From: Desulfobacterales bacterium
GTDB lineage: Bacteria; Desulfobacterota; Desulfobacteria; Desulfobacterales; UBA2174
DNA length: 64,000 bases
Assembly: GCA_963668645.2 (NCBI GenBank)
Contig: CAXXWC010000013.1
Coordinates: 160,001-224,000, forward strand
Direction: 5' to 3'
The notes under the pieces are model-generated. The model saw only the letters and a list, made by a program, of their open reading frames with translations, was not told where the DNA came from and did no database searches. Positions 21,001-30,892 of the stretch are shown here, piece by piece; the first letter of the stretch is position 1, and each line of letters starts with the position of its first letter. The translations under genes and the position numbers were made by a program.

Positions 21001-24000
21001 ATCGCCACCGGCTCCAGCGCCGCGGCAAGCACGGAACTGAGCTTCACTACTCTGGAAAGTTCGGCGGCCACCGTCGTTCATCAGGTCCAGAGCGGCCCCA
21101 CCACAGCGACTGTCGGCGGTGATGGCAGCGTCGAGATTACCGCCGATATCGATACCAACCTCGTCAGTCAAGTCGCTGACGTGAGCAACGCCGTTGTGAG
21201 CGCCTCGGGAAATACCGCCGGGGCCCAGGCCACCGGTGCGTCGACCACGGCCAGCCTGGTCGCGGGCGGAGAGGAGACCGTAACCCTGGCCTCGGGCTAT
21301 GGTGACGGCACCATCGGGTCCGTGCTGAACGTCGACCTCGACAATGGATCGACACAGCTGTCCGCCGATTACATGCTCGGCGTGCAGCAGGCCGTTATCG
21401 GCAGTACCACCGCTTTTGCCGATGACATGTCGGTGCTGGCAACCGGCGGCAACTTCGCCGGCGCCAGCCTGGCCGCCGACGGCAATCTGCTGACAGCCCA
21501 GGGGACCGGCGGCAGCGTCGCTGCCGATCTGTCGCTGGCCGCCACCGATATGACCGCCGGCGGCACCGGGGCGAACACCGTCAATGCGATTCTGGCCAGC
21601 GAGCAGTTCCTGACCGGGGTTGTCGATGTGGACCTGACGGCTTCCGACGTGACCGCCACAGCGGTCAACCTGACCACCTCCGCCACCGGCACCAACGGTT
21701 CCGAGGCGATCTCGGTCGACGACAACACCCTACTGGCCAGCGGCGTCGGGCTGAAGTCGGTCAACAATATGACCACCGACGCGGCCACCGGTGTGGCCGG
21801 AGACGGTACCACCGCGCCGGCCGTTATCAATCTGACCTTGCCCAGCAACGGAGATGTGGGCCTTGGCAACTTTGACCGGCTCGTCGTGTCCTTTCAGGAC
21901 GTCAACGTGGGGGTTGACGTCTTAGCCGCCTCGAACAGCGTCGGCGCGGCGGTGACCGGTTTCGGCATCCTTTTGGGCGACATTGACGGCGATACGATCA
22001 CGGTGGACGGCAATACCCTGCTCGCCCAGGGGACCGGCGCCAGCAGCAGCAATACCCTGGCGACCAGCGCCGGGGCCTCCATCACCGACCTTTCCCAGGC
22101 CATTGTGGCCGGGCAGGATTTGGACGGGGCGGTTACGGTGGCCAACATCAGCCCGGCGGCCACCCTGGACATCGCCGGTATCAGCACCGACGCGTCCCTT
22201 TCCGTATCCGAAAACCAGCTGTCGGCAGCCGCCACCGGTCTGAAAGGCGCCAACACCCTGTCCCTGTATGCGCCCGCCTCGATCAGCGACGGCATCGATT
22301 CTCTTTACACCCACGATATCGTTTCGGTGCAGCTTGTCGGGGATTCGGTCAGCGCCGGCCTTCTCGGCAGCCAAGTCGACCTGACCGTGGCCGGAGGCGA
22401 TGTTCTCACCAGTTCGCTGGCAGCCAACGGCAACCTCCAGGAGGCTTCCGCCCAGGGCGCCACCAACACCAACACCCTGACCGCTGAAAGCGGCGCCATC
22501 CAGGGCGCCGGTTTTCAGATCGGTGCCCTCCAGTGGGGCGATGATCCGATAACGGCGAGCAATGCCGGAAGCCGGCTCTTCATTTCGGTCGAAGACGGCG
22601 CCGCCACCGGCTCAACCCTGTCCATCGCCGACAACACCATCGGCGCCACCGCCGGAAACCTCAAAGGCGTGAATAACCTGTCTGTCGACTCGACCACCGA
22701 CAATAGCGGCGACGCCGCCGATACTCACTACGAGACGATCAACCTGAGTACTACGGACCTCGGTGGCACGTCGGAATCAGATCGTGCCATCGTGAGTCTG
22801 CAGGCCGTCACAGACGACGGTGATGTTACAGCCACCATCGAAAATTCGTGGATGAAGATCTATGTAAGCGACGAACTGGAGCAGGAGAGCAGCGCCGCGC
22901 TGACCGGCAACAGCGTGGCTGCCAGCGCCACCGTGGCCGCCGATACCAACACCTTGGCCAACAGCGCCGGCACCCTGCTCGATGCCTCTTCGCTTGTCGC
23001 ATCGGTACAGGATTCAAGCGCTGACGCGATATCCAGCATCTTGGGTGCTGATCTGCAAATCGGCGTCGATTCTTGGATTGTCGATTCCAAGGTCGATGCG
23101 TCCGACAACACCATCAGCGCCGCGGCCACCGGGCTGAGCGCCACCAATACCCTTGCTGTGGCCGGCGGTTCCATCGAAGCCTACGGTTCTGTCGGCGGCA
23201 TGATAGATGCCGATCAGTTCGGTCAGGAACTGGGCGGCTTTTCGGCCGTCGCCAGCGACCAGGACATTTCTGCCAGTCTTTCCGCTTCGGTCGAAGATAC
23301 GCGAATCGGCGTGGAGATCAATTCCTATCTTTCGGATTCGGCGGTCCACGTGGACGAGAACCTGATCCAGGCTTCCTCGACCATGGCGGCGGCCGCCAAC
23401 ACCCTCAACCAGTCGGCCGATACCGCCATGTCTAATGCCCCGGCCGTGTTGAGCGCCTCCCAGATCCTGGAAGGGGACTCGTATGCTGAAGTGGACAACT
23501 ACGATTATTCGTATTCCGGACGGGTTGGAACGTACGTCGACGGTGACGTTACCGCATCCAACCTGACGGTGGACAACAACGCTATCCAGGCCGTTGCCAC
23601 CGGCGGAACCATGACCAACACCCTCAAAGCGACCGCCGGCACATACATCGATGGCTATAACACCTGGTACTCGGTGGTTGACTCGTCCGCAAACGAGTTC
23701 AGCGGGACCTACGGCCTTGCCAGCCGGCAGGAATCGGAGGCGGATGTTTCGGCCCTTGTCGGCGGATGGCCGCAGATCAGTATCCAAATCGGTGATGGCG
23801 ACGCTGACGGGAACAGCACCCTGAGCGTCAGCGGCAACACCATCATGAGCCGGGCAACCAACCTGAACGCCGACAACACGCTGGTCACCGAGGCGGGTAC
23901 GCAGTTGGACGACGTCGTATCCGGGATATTGAGCTACCAGGAGGTGGCGGGCGAAACCAGTGCTCATGTTTACGGTGCGGATACCTCGGTGGGCGTTATG

Positions 24001-25452
24001 TACAACCTTGTGGGCAGCGCCGCGTTGGACGGCAACCTGCTGGCGGCCGTGGCCACCGGCGGCAGCGTCACCAACAGCCTGGACGTGTCGGCGATGAGCA
24101 TCGATGCCAGCCCCACCAGCAGTGACAGTACGCTGGTGACTTCTTTGGCCGGTCTGGCGGCCCAATCCGGAGAAGATGTCCACAACAGTCTGCTCAACGT
24201 ACAGTACCGGGATGCCATAGTCCTTGCCGGGATGGACAGCCAGGACGGCTATCTGAATGTCGCGGCAGGTTTTGAAAGCATAACCGGCAGCGTCAGTGTC
24301 AGTGAAAACATGATGGCGGCCCAGGCCCGAGGTCTGGTGGCCGAAAACAGCCTGAGCCTGACTTCCGAAACCCTCATCGACGGTGGCAGCACGGCTCTGG
24401 GCAGCGTGCAGTACGGCGATGCTGCGGTGACCGCTTCCATCGTTCCGGGCCAGGATGAAGGTTTAATCTTTCTCGGCGCCGATGCGCTGACCGGCACCGC
24501 CGTTCTCGACAACAACACGGTCCTGGCCAGCGCCACCTCGAATCTGGCCGTCAACAGCCTGAGCGCCAGCGCGGCCACCCAGATCGTCGATCTGGGGACC
24601 GAGACGACCACCACCATCGGGGTCGCCGGGACCTCCATCACGGCCGGCACGGTCGGCTTTACCCTGCAAAATGTACAGTACGGCAGCGTTGATGCGCCGG
24701 TCACGGCTTCGATCCAGAACATGGCCATCGATAGTGCAATTTATACCGTTACCGGCACCGCCAGCGTGGACGGCAACACGGTCATGGCCACGGCCCGGGG
24801 CCAGGCGGCCCAGAACAGCCTGGTACTCAATGCCGGCACCGACCTGGAGGCCTCGGCCTCCCTGGCCAACACTCAGGTCAACGGAGGGGCCGTCAACGCG
24901 AGCATCGGTAACGGCCGTATCGCTCTGAATACGGATACGGCCAGTGGCACCGTCTCGGTCAGTGACAATACCGTCCAGGCCAGCGGCACGGCCAACCTGG
25001 CCATCAACAGCATTGACATCAGCGGCACCCTGGCCGCCTCCGACGGCGGCAGCGCCGCCGGGCTGACCGCCAGCGCCGATTACGTCGCGCTCAACGCCCA
25101 GACCAATACCGCGGACGTTACCAGCGCCATAAGCGGCTATACCATCGCGTTGAACAGCTTGACCTCGACAACCGGAACGGCCAGTGTGGACGACAACATC
25201 GTTCTGGCCGAGGCCACCGGCAACAGCGCCAGCAACACCTTTACCATCACCACCGTGGGCGGCTCGGATACGGCCGATTTTGCCTTTACCGGCGTTCAGA
25301 TGAACAGCGGGAACGTTTCCAGCAGCATCAGCGGCGTTTCCATCAGCCTGTCCAGCCTGGGCGGCACGGGCAATTTCAGCGCTGTCGGCAACCGTATCGG
25401 TTCGGTTTCCACCGGCAATGTTTCGGTGAGCAGCATCAAGTCCGGCCTGTAA
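18076..25452 (+). CDS. Giant (2458 aa) secreted acidic repeat protein, HfaD-like; predicted beta-solenoid or amyloid-like surface subunit
   Basis: RBS AGGAG; Sec signal ending SPAQA; about 30 degenerate repeats of [VLA][DS][GDE]N-x-hydrophobic-xAxA(T)G(N)xxxNxL followed by a conserved Gln; rich in A/S/T/G/D/N/V; very few K/R; no Cys in the mature part. Confidence 0.8.
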   Translation: MSRSRINFRRLLPKLTGSGYPFVCMLAILIMTVSPAQASMTYSFGSAPVVTDSSLVNDAYQINSLAEILAGNQSLIPVNITSSGLVNSTVDDNAIYSIALANSSTLSTDIELVTGSAAGSSLTSINAQENYEITTFAGVSASSVTSALTDAADGSLASLSGNSISAETGLNQSAQAVQGSVDTTFDSSHLGGAVITDSSPLLVGDAGLFAGSSQINRLVAPASGETDFAEVSGNQIALTANTSSGVDTGSPLSLTADENSIGAAFTGNSAENVVAVETGGATALTSSAGIANLQVNSAVAAANGDSASLSESSISVSVQTDAANTEDPLTASSISFDGNSLEASAVGSESVNQLTVAEGLNVDADGGQANSIDFTSGSETLTVEGGLFLGNAQLAIDSAVTARATGPATGPALSVDSRGLINSALSADGNSFEAIALGNDASSTLSVGGATSFTSTVAAQNVQASVDSAVSAVADSGTIEVRVGAGELATDPTTATLSETDTVSGSSISVDDNTVSALAVANRDPLVVSIKGTNVTDGISQVAGASLDYGTRLMASTAGLSAVSGQLASGSSVAASNTDAEISLSAGDFPTGYTTGPAVNNSTLTQSGNTVSSLANLNEGLVALGVEANAIDASSSVASAQNATVSNVTAVTSGIISTGINAHQLDSGSAAVNENLTVLVGDGDLSDDTDTGNSISATAGGNLNETVLDVAATTSMLVTGVIDQNGASSSVLSISAGPLNQAMAEMSVLTDQRLDNNTISATTEYSQIIGVIRRAEFDLADSTLNVDGNRITATARGNLTSNSLDFSALDIDMSAADATGGAAGSNLAATGAVQVIGESSIAAAVNAGGGKEIRGRMFSAGSDLANIALSVDQNEVVAAATGNIATSSLSGSGGVLAEDAPGTLYGSVQIGALPTDGVQIADTAVANAILQVNAGSVSASLATTGAYEIIGRIDSSATAINDNLDLSVDGNRAVAIATGSSAAASTELSFTTLESSAATVVHQVQSGPTTATVGGDGSVEITADIDTNLVSQVADVSNAVVSASGNTAGAQATGASTTASLVAGGEETVTLASGYGDGTIGSVLNVDLDNGSTQLSADYMLGVQQAVIGSTTAFADDMSVLATGGNFAGASLAADGNLLTAQGTGGSVAADLSLAATDMTAGGTGANTVNAILASEQFLTGVVDVDLTASDVTATAVNLTTSATGTNGSEAISVDDNTLLASGVGLKSVNNMTTDAATGVAGDGTTAPAVINLTLPSNGDVGLGNFDRLVVSFQDVNVGVDVLAASNSVGAAVTGFGILLGDIDGDTITVDGNTLLAQGTGASSSNTLATSAGASITDLSQAIVAGQDLDGAVTVANISPAATLDIAGISTDASLSVSENQLSAAATGLKGANTLSLYAPASISDGIDSLYTHDIVSVQLVGDSVSAGLLGSQVDLTVAGGDVLTSSLAANGNLQEASAQGATNTNTLTAESGAIQGAGFQIGALQWGDDPITASNAGSRLFISVEDGAATGSTLSIADNTIGATAGNLKGVNNLSVDSTTDNSGDAADTHYETINLSTTDLGGTSESDRAIVSLQAVTDDGDVTATIENSWMKIYVSDELEQESSAALTGNSVAASATVAADTNTLANSAGTLLDASSLVASVQDSSADAISSILGADLQIGVDSWIVDSKVDASDNTISAAATGLSATNTLAVAGGSIEAYGSVGGMIDADQFGQELGGFSAVASDQDISASLSASVEDTRIGVEINSYLSDSAVHVDENLIQASSTMAAAANTLNQSADTAMSNAPAVLSASQILEGDSYAEVDNYDYSYSGRVGTYVDGDVTASNLTVDNNAIQAVATGGTMTNTLKATAGTYIDGYNTWYSVVDSSANEFSGTYGLASRQESEADVSALVGGWPQISIQIGDGDADGNSTLSVSGNTIMSRATNLNADNTLVTEAGTQLDDVVSGILSYQEVAGETSAHVYGADTSVGVMYNLVGSAALDGNLLAAVATGGSVTNSLDVSAMSIDASPTSSDSTLVTSLAGLAAQSGEDVHNSLLNVQYRDAIVLAGMDSQDGYLNVAAGFESITGSVSVSENMMAAQARGLVAENSLSLTSETLIDGGSTALGSVQYGDAAVTASIVPGQDEGLIFLGADALTGTAVLDNNTVLASATSNLAVNSLSASAATQIVDLGTETTTTIGVAGTSITAGTVGFTLQNVQYGSVDAPVTASIQNMAIDSAIYTVTGTASVDGNTVMATARGQAAQNSLVLNAGTDLEASASLANTQVNGGAVNASIGNGRIALNTDTASGTVSVSDNTVQASGTANLAINSIDISGTLAASDGGSAAGLTASADYVALNAQTNTADVTSAISGYTIALNSLTSTTGTASVDDNIVLAEATGNSASNTFTITTVGGSDTADFAFTGVQMNSGNVSSSISGVSISLSSLGGTGNFSAVGNRIGSVSTGNVSVSSIKSGL

Positions 25453-25495
25453 AGAAGGTGCGGCGGATGGCTGGTATCCGCCAGGCGTAAATCAT

Positions 25496-25524
25496 TGGGG
25501 GGCGGGGATTGACTCCGTCCCCCA
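25496..25524 (+). terminator. GC-rich hairpin after the giant gene (terminator or mRNA stabiliser)
   Basis: TGGGGGGCGGGG-ATTGA-CTCCGTCCCCCA with a weak U-tract; a second hairpin lies at 25462-25482. Confidence 0.45.
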
Positions 25525-25607
25525 TCGCATTCTTGATCCTTCGGTGCATGCGATCGTCATTGGGGAATCTGCACTAATTAACGGGAACCCCTCACAAAGG
25601 AGGAAAC

Positions 25608-26222
25608 ATGTCGATCAATCGTTTGTTGCTTGCCTGCCTTATGGTTCTGGTTCTTACGGTGCCACCTGCCATCGTCGGTGCCGCTGACACGCAAGGCAAA
25701 TACGCGGTGCGCGGGGTCGGCTCTTCCACCGGCAAGCAGTTGGTAAGCGCCATCGAGTCCAAAGACCCCAATGTCCGCAAGGACGCCGTGCTGCTCTACA
25801 CAAGCTGGCTCAACGGCTATCTGAGCTATGTCAACCGGACCGAGAAGGATACCTACGATATCGTGCCGTTCACCGACGGCGCCCACCTGCTGGCGGTGGT
25901 GGTGGGCCAGTGCCGCGCCAATCCCGATGCCCTGGTGGAAAGTGTCGCGGCCAAGGTTATCGGTGCCCTGTCCAAGGCCAAGGTCAGTGCCGAATCGCCG
26001 ATCATTGAGGTGGGCGTCGCAGACCGGAAAGGAAGCTTTCGCAAGGCCACCATCGTCGCCGTGCAGGAGAAGCTCATCGCCATGGGCCTTCTCAAGGGCA
26101 AGGCGGACGGTGATTTCGGGGCCGGCAGCCAGAAGGCCCTGCGCGTCTTTCAAAAAGCCGAGAAGCTCAAGGAAACCGGATTTCCCGATACGGACACCCT
26201 CCTGCGCGTATTGTTGAAGTAG
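25608..26222 (+). CDS. Secreted protein with a C-terminal peptidoglycan-binding domain (PG_binding_1)
   Basis: Signal peptide; C-terminal VQEKLIAMG...ADGDFGAGSQKALRVFQKAEKLKETGFPD; RBS AGGAGG. Confidence 0.85.
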   Translation: MSINRLLLACLMVLVLTVPPAIVGAADTQGKYAVRGVGSSTGKQLVSAIESKDPNVRKDAVLLYTSWLNGYLSYVNRTEKDTYDIVPFTDGAHLLAVVVGQCRANPDALVESVAAKVIGALSKAKVSAESPIIEVGVADRKGSFRKATIVAVQEKLIAMGLLKGKADGDFGAGSQKALRVFQKAEKLKETGFPDTDTLLRVLLK

Positions 26223-26244
26223 CCTGCCTTAAAATCCACCTTTT

Positions 26245-26326
26245 CGTTCGCGGTTAAAAACCACTCCCACAAGAGAAACCATGTTGAATTCAGGGGTGTT
26301 GTGGGAGCGGTTTTCAACCGCGAACG
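26245..26326. repeat. REP-like inverted doublet (REPIN-like)
   Basis: 28-nt arms CGTTCGCGGTTAAAAACCACTCCCACAA and TTGTGGGAGCGGTTTTCAACCGCGAACG are reverse complements with 2 mismatches, around a 26-nt spacer; the right arm reads GTGGGAGCGG...AACCGCGA. Confidence 0.75.
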
Positions 26327-26652
26327 CCTCCGGCTGAGCCGTCTTTTTCGAGACGGTTTCCCGGCGCTTGCAAAATCGTTCAAAACATTTATAATCAAAT
26401 GGATTTAGAGATGTGCGGGGAGTTTAAGGCGTTACGCGGGCGCCGATATCGGGCAGCGACCGCGGCCCTCGCTTCGCCGTGCATCGTCCAATGGGCATTC
26501 CCGTCGTCCAGCGTGCAAAGGGGCAAGGTGGCATCGCAAGAAGCGCCCCACCTTTTCCGCGGAGAATGCCGGCGCGTGTCCCCCGCGGCATCCGGCCGCG
26601 GTGCGGGACCACCCCCGCCCTGACGATGAACCCCTAAACAGGATTATTGAGC

Positions 26653-28365
26653 ATGACCGAAGAAGTCGACTCACAGCTCCAGGTAGAGCGTGCCAAGGAA
26701 CCGACCTTTCTTACCCAGACCCATTTTGCCAGTTTTGATTTGCATCCCTCCCTGCTCCAGGGACTCGAAGATGCCGGCTTCGAGCGTTGCACACCGATTC
26801 AGGCTGAAACCCTGCCCATCTCCCTCAAAGGCCGGGATGTGGCCGGCCAGGCCCAGACCGGGACCGGCAAGACGGCGGCCTTCCTGGTGACGGTCTTCAA
26901 CCGCCTGAGCGCAGAACCGCCATCCGAGGACCGGGCGCCACGCGCCCTGATCGTGGCCCCGACCCGCGAGCTGGCCCAGCAGATTTACGAGGAGGCGCTG
27001 AACATCGGCCAGCACTTGGACCTTTCCGTGGTCCAGGTGGTGGGCGGGGTCGATTACGACCGGCAGGCCGAAGCCCTCAAGACCGGGGTGGACATCGTGG
27101 TCTGTACCCCGGGCCGGATCATCGATTACATCCGCCAGCGGATCTTTAATCCCGACAGGATCAGCATGGTGGTCATCGATGAGGCCGACCGGCTTTTCGA
27201 TCTGGGTTTTACCAAGGATATGCGTTTCATCTTGCGCAAGCTGCCCAGCTATGAAAAACGCCAGTCGATGCTCTTTTCGGCCACCCTTTCCTACCGGGTC
27301 CTGGAGCTGACCTACGAGTACATGAACCTGCCCGAGTTCATCTCGGTCACGCCCCAGGACATCACTGTGGAAGGAATCGACCAGGAGCTTTACCATGTGG
27401 GCGAGGACCAGAAGCTGCCTCTGCTGCTCGGGCTCTTGCAGCGCGAGCAATGGGAGCGGATCCTGATCTTCGTCAACACCAAGGTAGGCGTCGAGTGGCT
27501 GACCAGGAAGCTCAAGGGAAATGGGCTGCCGGCCGAGATGATCACCGGCGATCTGCCCCAGCGCAAGCGCTTCCAGCTCATGGACCGCTACAAGAGCGGC
27601 AAGATCAAGATCCTGGTGGCCACCGACGTCGCCTCGCGGGGGATACATGTGGAAGATATCAGCCATGTGATCAACTACGACCTGCCCCAGGACGCCGAAA
27701 ACTACATCCACCGCATCGGCCGTACGGCCCGTGCCGGCAAGGCGGGCAAGGCCATTTCACTGGCCTGCGAACGCTATGTGCTGCACCTGGAGGCCATGGA
27801 GCAGATGCTGGGCCATAAGCTGCCCGTGGTGTGGGCCGAGGAGGAGCTGTACGCCGAGGACAAGGCCGGGCCGGTGCGTGTCGCCCGTTCGACCAATAAG
27901 CGGGAAGGCGCCCGCAAGCCCCGGGGGGGCGAGCGCAAGGAACGTAAAGAACCTAAAGCGCGCAGCGAACGCAAGACCAACGGTGCGCCGCCGCGGGTTC
28001 GGGAAAAGGCCAAGCCGCTGGCCACGCGGCCGTCCGGTTATTTTCCCGGCACTTTTTTCGGTTTCAGACCGACATCTGACGAAAGTGCACCGGCAACCGT
28101 CGAAGCCGAGACGCCGGCTCCCGCAGATGAAAATGTCGTCGAAACGGCCATCCCCGATGGCCAGACCCCGAGCGCGGTCGAAGAGGCCGTGGTATCCGAG
28201 CCTGCTGAGGTTCCCGGGGTCGAACAGGAAGAGCAAAAGAACGCCAAGCCCAAGAAAAGGCGCCGCCGGCCACGCCGCCGGCGCAAGCCGAGCAAGGAAG
28301 GTGCCGCCGAGGACGCCGCCACCCCGCCGCAAGATGACCCCGCGCCGGACGAACCGGCCATCTGA
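26653..28365 (+). CDS. DEAD-box RNA helicase (RhlB-like) with a long disordered C-terminal tail
   Basis: GQAQTGTGKT, PTRELA, DEAD, SAT, TDVASRGIH and YIHRIGRTAR motifs. Confidence 0.95.
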   Translation: MTEEVDSQLQVERAKEPTFLTQTHFASFDLHPSLLQGLEDAGFERCTPIQAETLPISLKGRDVAGQAQTGTGKTAAFLVTVFNRLSAEPPSEDRAPRALIVAPTRELAQQIYEEALNIGQHLDLSVVQVVGGVDYDRQAEALKTGVDIVVCTPGRIIDYIRQRIFNPDRISMVVIDEADRLFDLGFTKDMRFILRKLPSYEKRQSMLFSATLSYRVLELTYEYMNLPEFISVTPQDITVEGIDQELYHVGEDQKLPLLLGLLQREQWERILIFVNTKVGVEWLTRKLKGNGLPAEMITGDLPQRKRFQLMDRYKSGKIKILVATDVASRGIHVEDISHVINYDLPQDAENYIHRIGRTARAGKAGKAISLACERYVLHLEAMEQMLGHKLPVVWAEEELYAEDKAGPVRVARSTNKREGARKPRGGERKERKEPKARSERKTNGAPPRVREKAKPLATRPSGYFPGTFFGFRPTSDESAPATVEAETPAPADENVVETAIPDGQTPSAVEEAVVSEPAEVPGVEQEEQKNAKPKKRRRRPRRRRKPSKEGAAEDAATPPQDDPAPDEPAI

Positions 28366-28376
28366 GCCCTCATAAT

Positions 28377-28415
28377 ACCGCGCGCCGACTCAGTTTGAAG
28401 ACGGGTCGGCGCGGT
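28377..28415. terminator. Hairpin between the convergent helicase and phoU genes
   Basis: GCGCCGACTC...GGGTCGGCGC stem. Confidence 0.55.
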
Positions 28416-28450
28416 GGTTCGCTTTTGGAAACAGACTCGTCACATAAACG

Positions 28451-29107
28451 TCAATACTTGCTGTGGCGTACGATTTCCCCTTCGATCAGATAAATGACCT
28501 CTTCGGCGATGTTGGTCGCATGATCCGCGATCCGTTCCAGGTGCCGTGAAATCAGATAATAGTTGAGCAGGGACTTTATCGCGTCGGGTTTCTGGGCGAT
28601 TTTTTCGCAGGTCTGCTGGTAGGCCTGGCGGTGCATGGTGTCCACTTCGTCGTCCTGCATCACGATCTTGAAGGAAAGATCCACGTCCAGGTTGACCAGG
28701 GCGTCGAGACTGCGCTTGAGCATCTGTTCGACCTTGGTGAACATCGTGGCATAGTCGAAACGGAATCCGGGGTCCTGGCGCTTGGCGATGGAGATTACCC
28801 GCTCGGCGATATTCATGGCCTCGTCGGCGATGCGCTCCAGGTCGTTGTTGATCTTGATCACGGCGATCAGAAAGCGCAGATCCACCGCCACCGGCTGGTG
28901 CAGGGCGAGGATCTTGAGGCAGTCCTCCTCGATTTCGACCTCCATCTCGTCGATTTCCCAGTCGGTTTCCACGAGCCGGGCGGCCAGTTGGGCGTCGATC
29001 TGGGTGATGGCCTGGCCGGCCATGCGCACCCGGTCTTCGACCATGGCGCCCAGGGAGAGTATCTGTTTCTTGATTTTTTCCAGTTCTTTTTGAAGATGCC
29101 TGGCCAT
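28451..29107 (-). CDS. phoU: Phosphate signalling protein PhoU
   Basis: QPVAVDLR, DLERIAD and RHLERIADHATNIAEEVIY; ATG at 29107 with AAGGAG. Confidence 0.96.
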   Translation of the reverse strand: MARHLQKELEKIKKQILSLGAMVEDRVRMAGQAITQIDAQLAARLVETDWEIDEMEVEIEEDCLKILALHQPVAVDLRFLIAVIKINNDLERIADEAMNIAERVISIAKRQDPGFRFDYATMFTKVEQMLKRSLDALVNLDVDLSFKIVMQDDEVDTMHRQAYQQTCEKIAQKPDAIKSLLNYYLISRHLERIADHATNIAEEVIYLIEGEIVRHSKY

Positions 29108-29121
29108 ACCGTCTCCTTGAA

Positions 29122-29883
29122 TCAACCGAAGCGCCCGGTGATGTAGTCCTCGGTCTGCTTGAGCGAGGGGCGGGTAAAGAGGGTGTCGGTGTCGTCCACC
29201 TCGATGAGTTTGCCCATATAGAAAAAGGCCGTCACGTCGGAAACCCGGGCCGCCTGTTGCATGTTGTGGGTCACGATGATGATGGTGTAGCGCTCTTTGA
29301 GTTGATGAATCAGATCTTCGATCTTTTGGGTGGCGATGGGGTCCAGGGCCGATGCCGGCTCGTCCATGAGCAGGATTTCAGGCTCCACGGCCAGGGCCCG
29401 GGCGATGCAGAGCCGCTGCTGCTGGCCGCCGGAAAGCCCCAGGGCCGAATCGTCCAGGCGGTCCTTGACCTCGTCCCAGATGGCTGCCTGGCGCAGGCTC
29501 TGCTCCACACGCTCCTTGATCAAGGCGTTGTTGCGCACCCCGTTGACCCGCAGGCCGTAAGCCACGTTTTCGAATATGGATTTGGGAAAAGGGTTGGGCT
29601 TTTGGAACACCATCCCGACCCGCCGCCGCAGCAGCACGACGTCCAGGTTGGGGGCATAAATGTCGTCATGGTCGAGAAGAATCATGCCTTCCACGCGGCT
29701 GATGGGGATCAGGTCGTTCATGCGGTTCAGGCAGCGCAAAAAAGTGCTCTTGCCGCAGCCCGAAGGCCCGATCAGGGCCGTGACCTGGTTGACCTGGAAT
29801 TGGAGATTGATGTTGTCCAGGGCCTTGAAGGCGCCGTAGAAAAAATTCAGGTTTTCGGCTTTCATTTTTATGGCAGCGGCCAT
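29122..29883 (-). CDS. pstB: Phosphate ABC transporter ATPase
   Basis: [31 protein letters not shown] and C-terminal YITGRFG. Confidence 0.97.
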   Translation of the reverse strand: MAAAIKMKAENLNFFYGAFKALDNINLQFQVNQVTALIGPSGCGKSTFLRCLNRMNDLIPISRVEGMILLDHDDIYAPNLDVVLLRRRVGMVFQKPNPFPKSIFENVAYGLRVNGVRNNALIKERVEQSLRQAAIWDEVKDRLDDSALGLSGGQQQRLCIARALAVEPEILLMDEPASALDPIATQKIEDLIHQLKERYTIIIVTHNMQQAARVSDVTAFFYMGKLIEVDDTDTLFTRPSLKQTEDYITGRFG

Positions 29884-29919
29884 GTTGAATTTCCTCGTGA
29901 AAAGTATCGACTTGGTCCG

Positions 29920-30873
<954 letters not shown>

Positions 30874-30892
30874 TTCTTCCTTCATTATATGA

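Noticed and set aside
18076..25452. Giant protein as an autotransporter, RTX/T1SS adhesin or two-partner secretion passenger
   Set aside because: No C-terminal barrel with terminal aromatic residue, no GGxGxD repeats, no recognisable TPS domain and no T1SS or TpsB genes; the neighbouring export gene is CsgG/HfaB-like.
27880..28365. Low-complexity basic/acidic tail of the helicase as a separate element
   Set aside because: Disordered charged tails are ordinary for bacterial DEAD-box helicases.
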